Virus record (IMG/VR): IMGVR_UViG_2548876860_000007
Origin: a virus
Lineage: Duplodnaviria > Heunggongvirae > Uroviricota > Caudoviricetes
Strand: one strand, 5' to 3'
Length of the DNA: 11,292 bases
This document shows positions 6,794-11,292 of the stretch, in pieces. Every line of letters starts with the position of its first letter. Position 1 is the first letter of the stretch. The notes beneath the pieces were generated by a model. It ran no database searches. It saw only the letters and a list, made by a program, of their open reading frames with translations, and was not told the origin of the DNA. The position numbers and the translations under genes were made by a program.

Positions 6794-6819
6794 ACCCGCT
6801 TCGGCGGGTTTTGTTTTTT
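6794..6819 (+). terminator. Rho-independent terminator at the hok mRNA 3' end
   Basis: Stem ACCCGC ttcg GCGGGT (6794-6809) followed by TTTGTTTTTT (6810-6819). Lies just downstream of the fbi-like element. Confidence 0.6.
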
Positions 6820-6891
6820 CTGGTCGTTCTGGTTTACAATCCATCCGTCAGCCTGAACAACTGGCACCTGCTGCGCCAGCAGAGAAAACAG

Positions 6892-7170
6892 ATGGCGCAC
6901 GATACCAAATTTTACAATTCGGATAACTCTGCCGCCCCTGCCAGCAGGCACGGGCGGCGTTCTCATGCATTCAAATCTGACTGGTATCAGCACGACCCCT
7001 GCACCGAAGAACAGGCTGAATGGCTGATTCAGTATTACCGCAGGCGCGGATACGAGGTTAAGAAAGCCCTCAGTCTCGATTATCGTCACTGGATAATCTC
7101 CGTCAGGCTTCCTTACTCCGAACGCCCACCGCGTCCGTCCCGCACATTCCAGCAACGCATCTGGAGGTAA
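6892..7170 (+). CDS. Hypothetical basic protein (92 aa); position corresponds to rem in the Qin hokD-rem-ydfU arrangement (positional guess)
   Basis: First in-frame start (ATG 6892) downstream of the hok terminator within track ORF 6763..7170. Weak SD. Possible promoter TTGTTT(6811-6816) -18- TACAAT(6835-6840). Confidence 0.45.
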   Translation: MAHDTKFYNSDNSAAPASRHGRRSHAFKSDWYQHDPCTEEQAEWLIQYYRRRGYEVKKALSLDYRHWIISVRLPYSERPPRPSRTFQQRIWR

Positions 7171-7171
7171 C

Positions 7172-8221
7172 GTGCGGGTATTACTTCGACCTGTTCTGGT
7201 ACCGGAACTCGGGCTGGTGATCGTTAAGCCGGGCCGTGAATCCATGCCGGTATTCCACAATACCCGGTTACTGGTGGAGCCGGAACCGAAAAGCATGCGT
7301 AATCTGCCGTCCGGGGTCGTTCCCGCCGTTCGCCAGCCGCTGGTGGAAGACAAAACATTGCTGCCGTTTTTCAGTAACGCACGGGTAATTCGTGCTGCTG
7401 GTGGTGCTGGTGCATTGTCTGACTGGCTGTTGCGCCATATTAAATCCTGCCAGTGGCCACACGGCGATTATCATCACAGCGAAACCGTTATTCACCGATA
7501 TGGTACCGGCGCAATGGTGTTGTGCTGGCACTGCGACAACCAGCTGCGTGACCAGACATCCGAATCACTCGAGCAACTTGCTCATCAAAACCTGTCAGCA
7601 TGGATGATTGACGTCATCGGTCACGCAATAAGCGGTACGCAGGAGCGTGAATTATCTCTGGCTGAATTATCCTGGTGGGCGGTCCGCAATCAGCTGGCGG
7701 ACGCGCTACCGGAAGCGGTATTACGTCGCTCGCTGGGATTACCAGCGGAAAAAATCTGCTCGGTGTACCGCGAAAGCGACATCGTACCGGGAGAGCAGAC
7801 CGCCACCAGCATATTGAAACAGCGCACAAAAAATCTTGCACCGTTGCCTCACGCCCACCAGCAACAGAACCCACCACAGGAAAAGACGGTGGTCAGCATT
7901 GCCGTTGATCCTGAGTCTCCGGAATCTTTCATGAAACGACCTAAACGTCGCCGCTGGGTTAACGAGAAATACACACGCTGGGTGAAGACTCAGCCGTGTG
8001 CGTGTTGTGGTAAGCCAGCCGACGATCCCCATCACCTGATTGGTCATGGTCAGGGCGGAATGGGGACAAAATCTCACGATATTTTCACGCTACCGCTGTG
8101 TCGGGAGCATCACAACGAGCTTCATGCGGATCCGCTGGCGTTCGAAGAAAAGCATGGTTCCCAGATTGATTTAATTTTTCGTTTTCTTGATCACGCCTTT
8201 GCAACCGGCGTGCTCGGGTAA
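7172..8221 (+). CDS. DUF968/YdfU-like prophage protein (349 aa) with C-terminal Cys/His zinc-finger-like motif
   Basis: GTG 7172 with GGAGG SD (7163-7167). C-terminal motif ...QPCACCGKPADDPHHLIGHGQGG...LCREHHNELH... Gene order hok, small gene, this gene mirrors the Qin hokD-rem-ydfU arrangement as recalled. Confidence 0.7.
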   Translation: MRVLLRPVLVPELGLVIVKPGRESMPVFHNTRLLVEPEPKSMRNLPSGVVPAVRQPLVEDKTLLPFFSNARVIRAAGGAGALSDWLLRHIKSCQWPHGDYHHSETVIHRYGTGAMVLCWHCDNQLRDQTSESLEQLAHQNLSAWMIDVIGHAISGTQERELSLAELSWWAVRNQLADALPEAVLRRSLGLPAEKICSVYRESDIVPGEQTATSILKQRTKNLAPLPHAHQQQNPPQEKTVVSIAVDPESPESFMKRPKRRRWVNEKYTRWVKTQPCACCGKPADDPHHLIGHGQGGMGTKSHDIFTLPLCREHHNELHADPLAFEEKHGSQIDLIFRFLDHAFATGVLG

Positions 8222-8233
8222 AAGAGGTTACTG

Positions 8234-8605
8234 ATGCGTATAGAGTTTGTTTTGCTTTACCCGCCGACGGTGAACACCTACTGGCGACGTCGTGGCAGCA
8301 CATATTTTGTATCAAAAGCCGGTGAGCGTTATCGCCGTGATGTGGCGCTTATTGTTCGCCAGCAGCGGCTGAAATTAAGCCTGTCCGGAAGGCTGGCGAT
8401 AAAGATTATTGCCGAGCCACCGGATAAGCGCCGCCGTGACCTGGACAATATTCTGAAAGCACCGCTGGATGCACTGACGCATGCGGGGCTTCTCATAGAC
8501 GACGAGCAGTTTGATGAAATCAATATTGTGCGCGGTCAGCTCGTTCCTGGTGGGCGACTGGGCGTGAAGATTTGCGAAATCAGAGGTGATGGTAATGGGG
8601 CGTGA
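8234..8605 (+). CDS. rusA: RusA Holliday-junction resolvase (123 aa)
   Basis: N-terminus LLYPPTVNTYWRRRG and catalytic-region motif DKRRRDLDNILKAPLDALTHAGLLIDDEQ match the RusA family as recalled. AGAGG SD 8223-8227. Confidence 0.9.
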   Translation: MRIEFVLLYPPTVNTYWRRRGSTYFVSKAGERYRRDVALIVRQQRLKLSLSGRLAIKIIAEPPDKRRRDLDNILKAPLDALTHAGLLIDDEQFDEINIVRGQLVPGGRLGVKICEIRGDGNGA

Positions 8606-8945
8606 TATGTATGAGGTTTTAGATCGCTGGGGGGCATGGGCTGCAGCAGAAAATAGCGGTGTCGATTGGCAACCGATAGCAGCGGGCTTCAAGGGGCTTT
8701 TGCCACATGGCAAAAAGTCACGTCTCCAGTGTGATGATGATGAAGGCATCATGATAGACGGTTGTGTGGCTCGGTTGCGAAAGTATAAACCAGAGGAATA
8801 TGAGCTGCTCATAGCTCACTTTGTTATTGGTGTTTCTCTACGCTCAATCGCGAAGAAACGCAGGTGCTCAGATGGAACTATAAGAAAGGAGCTGCAAACT
8901 GCATTAGGCTTTATTGATGGATGTATATGCTTGATTCTATCATAA
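8595..8945 (+). CDS. Late-gene antiterminator Q, QuuD/phage-82-type (Phage_antitermQ family)
   Basis: MGRDMYEVLDRWGAWAAAENSGVDWQPIAAGFKGL...CDDDEGIMIDGCVARL... parallels the QuuD N-terminus as recalled. GAGGTG SD 8583-8588 favours ATG 8595; alternative starts at GTG 8586, ATG 8589 or ATG 8607. Overlaps the rusA stop. Confidence 0.8.
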   Translation: MGRDMYEVLDRWGAWAAAENSGVDWQPIAAGFKGLLPHGKKSRLQCDDDEGIMIDGCVARLRKYKPEEYELLIAHFVIGVSLRSIAKKRRCSDGTIRKELQTALGFIDGCICLILS

Positions 8946-8958
8946 GTTATGACTGTTA

Positions 8959-9345
8959 CTACTCGTTTGCTTGAGCTTTCGATTCGGCGTCAGATAAAGC
9001 ATCAATACGAATATTTATGTTTTTTAATAGCTTATTGTCTAGAACGATAAGACATTGGTTGTAGTGCGCAATTTGGTCTGGTGTTAGGTTAGGGTTGGCC
9101 AGGCAGTTCGTGATGAATTTTCTGGCCGTTTTTATTTCCCTTTTCATTCTTACATCATTAAGCGTAGGCAAACCTATGTAAGCGATAAGAAGAATTACCA
9201 CATGAGATAAGCCGACAGCAGCTCCAGGCGCCAATGATTTGAAGAAGGCTAATTGAGGAAGCCAGTCAAAAAGGAAATTCAATCCCGCAGTGATAAGGGT
9301 GGTAAACCATGCCTGCATTGCCAGGTAGGATTTAGTGTTCGCCAT
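8959..9345 (-). CDS. Predicted membrane protein (128 aa): two N-terminal TM helices plus charged C-terminal tail; third gene of the reverse operon
   Basis: ATG 9345..9343 directly abuts the upstream TGA (9348..9346). AGGAAGG SD. Hydrophobic stretches YLAMQAWFTTLITAGLNFLF and AAVGLSHVVILLIAYIGL. Stop lies 13 bp from the convergent Q stop. No family recognised. Confidence 0.7.
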   Translation of the reverse strand: MANTKSYLAMQAWFTTLITAGLNFLFDWLPQLAFFKSLAPGAAVGLSHVVILLIAYIGLPTLNDVRMKREIKTARKFITNCLANPNLTPDQIAHYNQCLIVLDNKLLKNINIRIDALSDAESKAQANE

Positions 9346-9591
9346 TCACCTTCCTGCACTTGCTTCGTTGCGAGTTTTGAGTTCGCGTAGCAGTAGCGCC
9401 AACTCTTCTGCGTCATTTTCGTTTCTAACGCTGACTTTCCTTTTAGCGGTTCTGCCTTCAGGATCGGTGTAGGTTAGTTCAATATACGCATTCGGCTTTA
9501 CCCAAACCAAGAACCTAAGCACAGCATATCTGACCGTCGCTGCGACAGCCATGAATACAGTGATGTAAAGCATAATGCTTAGGATTGACAT
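9346..9591 (-). CDS. Predicted small membrane protein (81 aa): one N-terminal TM helix plus charged C-terminal region; second gene of the reverse operon
   Basis: ATG 9591..9589 lies 3 nt after the upstream TAA (9597..9595). SILSIMLYITVFMAVAATVRYAVLRFLVWV hydrophobic segment. No family recognised. Confidence 0.7.
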   Translation of the reverse strand: MSILSIMLYITVFMAVAATVRYAVLRFLVWVKPNAYIELTYTDPEGRTAKRKVSVRNENDAEELALLLRELKTRNEASAGR

Positions 9592-9594
9592 GAT

Positions 9595-10473
9595 TTAAAG
9601 TAGTTTCCTATCTGCCGCCGCTCTGTGGCGTATAACCTTAGTAATACTATAGCGTGGTTTAGACAGCGCGCCATTTGTTTCTTTTGTTGTTTCTGTCAGT
9701 TCTACAACAAAAAGATCACCCTTACAGAATGCTGCTTGGTTGTGTTCAACCCGTTCAAGAAAAGCCTCATCTTTCATAGATGCGCTAACTTCTTCGCCAT
9801 TTGGCAGGATGATATCCCAGCTTTTTCCTTGCTTGAATCGAACATTAGCAAAATGTACATTAGCTTGGCGTGTCGTTACGTGCGTTTTCTCGACAAAGGT
9901 GGATTTTGCAGTTTTAAAACTTACTGCTTCAGCTTGCGTCACCCTGACTACCTTATGCTTCTGCTGTGAAACTGAGAACGTGGATGGTTTTTCAGTCTGC
10001 AGGGGTTTATAGATTAATTTATCCAGTTCTTTTCGGATGATTGGACTGGTTATTAATTTTTGAATGTCGTTACTGCATTTAACCTTCTCACCATCCACTT
10101 CGATTTCTGCTGTATCTTTTTGTTCATCGACGACAATGGAGCTGATTTTACGCCCTTTGAGCCATTCGATTATCCCGAGTACGCCACCTGCGGCAACTCC
10201 ACCACCTGCAACGAGGCCAAGGGCGTTAATAGTTTTTATGCTCCCCATCACAGCAACAAGCAAAGTAAATGAACCTTCTTTTGTTGCCTTGATGTTGACT
10301 TTCGGCTCTGCTGTTTCGCCATTAATTATTTTTTCGGCGTGTTCAATCAGGGCACTAAGAGAGGTTAAGGCTTCGCCTAATGTTTTCGCGTCGATCTGAT
10401 TATCTGCGTATGCCTCTCCACCGTAGGCAATTTCGATTTCTGTTATTGGCATGTTTTCGAGTTGCTGCGTCAT
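9595..10473 (-). CDS. Predicted membrane-anchored protein (292 aa from ATG 10473; 303 aa from GTG 10506) with glycine-zipper TM helix and ~190-aa C-terminal domain of unknown function; first gene of the reverse operon
   Basis: Track ORF 9595..10506. ATG 10473 preferred because AAGGA lies 8 nt upstream. Hydrophobic glycine-rich helix INALGLVAGGGVAAGGVLGII flanked by charged regions. No family recognised. Confidence 0.7.
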   Translation of the reverse strand: MTQQLENMPITEIEIAYGGEAYADNQIDAKTLGEALTSLSALIEHAEKIINGETAEPKVNIKATKEGSFTLLVAVMGSIKTINALGLVAGGGVAAGGVLGIIEWLKGRKISSIVVDEQKDTAEIEVDGEKVKCSNDIQKLITSPIIRKELDKLIYKPLQTEKPSTFSVSQQKHKVVRVTQAEAVSFKTAKSTFVEKTHVTTRQANVHFANVRFKQGKSWDIILPNGEEVSASMKDEAFLERVEHNQAAFCKGDLFVVELTETTKETNGALSKPRYSITKVIRHRAAADRKLL

Positions 10474-10518
10474 CAAAAGCATCCTTTGCGCAAGAGAAAT
10501 AGCCACAGGATACAGATA

Positions 10519-10548
10519 ATTATGAAAAAATCACTAACGCGTACGCAA
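10519..10548 (-). promoter_or_regulatory. Candidate sigma70 promoter of the reverse operon (TTGCGT -18- CATAAT on minus strand)
   Basis: Minus-strand -35 TTGCGT (10548..10543) and -10 CATAAT (10524..10519), about 45 nt upstream of ATG 10473. Confidence 0.35.
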
Positions 10549-10593
10549 AAACTATCTTAATCTGTTAAGAGTGGTCGCTTCGCCACACAGCTT

Positions 10594-10618
10594 AAACCCG
10601 CATCAAGCGGGTTTTTTT
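10594..10618 (+). terminator. Intrinsic terminator on the plus strand in the operon-to-tRNA spacer (possible displaced tR'-like element)
   Basis: Stem AAACCCGC atca AGCGGGTTT followed by a T7 run (10612-10618) on the plus strand. On the minus strand it lacks a U tract. Confidence 0.45.
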
Positions 10619-10700
10619 GTGCCACTTATCTCGGATAGACATGGTGAATGCGCTGGTGGAGGAGATAAGGGTGATTTTTAACCAGGTGATTTTTGAATGC

Positions 10701-10729
10701 TTGCAACATTGATTTCGTAACGTTATTAT
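10701..10729 (+). promoter_or_regulatory. Near-consensus sigma70 promoter directly upstream of the tRNA genes (TTGCAA -17- TATTAT)
   Basis: -35 TTGCAA 10701-10706, 17-bp spacer, -10 TATTAT 10724-10729. The tRNA 5' end at 10739 is about 10 nt downstream. Confidence 0.5.
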
Positions 10730-10738
10730 CCTGCGCCC

Positions 10739-10814
10739 GGCCCTTTAGCTCAGTGGTGAGAGCGAGCGACTCATAATCGCCAGGTCGCTGGTTCAAATCC
10801 AGCAAGGGCCACCA
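10739..10814 (+). tRNA. tRNA with CAT anticodon (Ile2 lysidine-type or Met), ileZ/ileX-like
   Basis: 76-nt cloverleaf folded by hand: acceptor GGCCCTT/AAGGGCC, D-arm GCTC...GAGC, anticodon loop CTCATAA, T-arm GCTGG TTCAAAT CCAGC, encoded CCA end. Confidence 0.9.
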
Positions 10815-10894
10815 ACCGCCACTAGCTCATCAGGAAAGAACGTCACCCTGTGCGAGATTCGGAGTCCCCGGTGGCGGTCCATTATCGGTATTCT

Positions 10895-10971
10895 GCGTTG
10901 TTAGCTCAGCCGGACAGAGCAATTGCCTTCTAAGCAATCGGTCACTGGTTCGAATCCAGTACAACGCACCA
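10895..10971 (+). tRNA. tRNA-Arg (anticodon TCT), argN/argO-like phage tRNA
   Basis: 77-nt cloverleaf: acceptor GCGTTGT/ACAACGC, anticodon stem ATTGC/GCAAT with loop CTTCTAA, T-arm ACTGG TTCGAAT CCAGT, encoded CCA. Confidence 0.9.
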
Positions 10972-10984
10972 CACTTATTTTCCA

Positions 10985-11008
10985 GGCTCGCTTCGGCGGG
11001 CCTTTTTT
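10985..11008 (+). terminator. Rho-independent terminator downstream of the tRNA pair
   Basis: Stem GGCTCGC ttcg GCGGGCC (UUCG loop) followed by TTTTTT (11003-11008). Confidence 0.6.
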
Positions 11009-11140
11009 GTATCTGCGCCACGCCCGGCGCATATCAACCACAGAGCCTTTCGGGGGGGAGCTTACGGAGTGGTCAGTGTGACTTTCTCTGTGGGCAGATC
11101 GCTCCCGGGCGTTGGCTCACCCACCCAAAGGAACGTCACG

Positions 11141-11278
11141 ATGTTTGGTATTTTTGGTAAAAAAGCCCGCCGAGCGGCAGTGGAAATTAAAAAGTTTGAG
11201 AAACGTGATCTGGCACAGGCGGTTATTAATGCTGCCTACCTGGTGGCCTGTGCAGATGGTGAATGTGAGGCTTCCTAG
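11141..11278 (+). CDS. Small ORF (45 aa) ending at an amber codon; possible N-terminal part of a TerB-like protein (tentative)
   Basis: ATG 11141 with AAGGA SD 8 nt upstream (MFGIFGKKARRAAVEIKKFEKRDLAQAVINAAYLVACADGECEAS). The ...LVACADGE... segment resembles the TerB-domain ADG motif. TAG at 11276-11278; the same frame continues KAKI... to the window edge. Confidence 0.35.
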   Translation: MFGIFGKKARRAAVEIKKFEKRDLAQAVINAAYLVACADGECEAS

Positions 11279-11292
11279 AAAGCGAAGATCGA

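Noticed and set aside
6763-6891. N-terminal extension of the 92-aa gene back to 6763
   Set aside because: Would read through the hok terminator hairpin and T tract, and contains no ATG/GTG/TTG before 6892.
6766-7353. 195-aa minus-strand ORF
   Set aside because: Lies antisense to the small basic gene and the DUF968-like gene, which have better starts and recognisable motifs. Serine/threonine/glycine-rich, as expected of a shadow frame; no SD.
8375-8812. 145-aa minus-strand ORF
   Set aside because: Antisense to rusA and Q, both of which carry clear family signatures; shadow ORF.
9625-10399. Plus-strand ORFs (114, 90, 70 and 111 aa) overlapping the reverse operon
   Set aside because: Cysteine/phenylalanine-rich low-complexity translations without SD sequences. 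The minus-strand frames have coupled junctions and coherent TM-plus-soluble architecture.
10830-11021. 63-aa minus-strand ORF
   Set aside because: Overlaps the tRNA-Arg gene and its terminator; an artefact of the structured RNA region.
11011-11040. GC-rich palindrome GCGCCacgcccGGCGC after the tRNA terminator as a second terminator
   Set aside because: No following T tract; short arms. More likely incidental or a protein-binding site, and not supportable as a terminator.
1-11292. CRISPR arrays, integrase/att sites, IS elements, Shiga toxin genes
   Set aside because: No repeat-spacer periodicity, no recombinase-like or transposase-like ORF, and no long terminal inverted repeats. The region after the tRNAs holds only a 45-aa ORF, not stxAB.

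Overview
The window reads as the immunity, replication, nin-like and Q regions of a mosaic lambdoid prophage from an E. coli-like enterobacterium, ending at two phage tRNA genes. Left to right: a 600-bp ORF-poor early-left region with operator-like palindromes; a DicA/XRE-type repressor (minus strand) divergent from a Cro/YdaS-like and a YdaT (CII-like) gene; an O-like replication initiator with internal iterons; a DnaC-like helicase loader that appears frameshifted at a G6 run; a block of small hypothetical genes; a HokD-like type I toxin locus; a DUF968/YdfU-like protein; RusA; and a QuuD-like Q antiterminator. The standout is a compact three-gene operon on the opposite strand (8959-10473) encoding three predicted membrane proteins, wedged between Q and the tRNA genes where a late promoter would normally sit. 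I cannot assign it to any family from memory and flag it as the candidate undescribed system, most plausibly a superinfection-exclusion or abortive-infection module. All family assignments are from reading the translations and recalled motifs; no database search was run.
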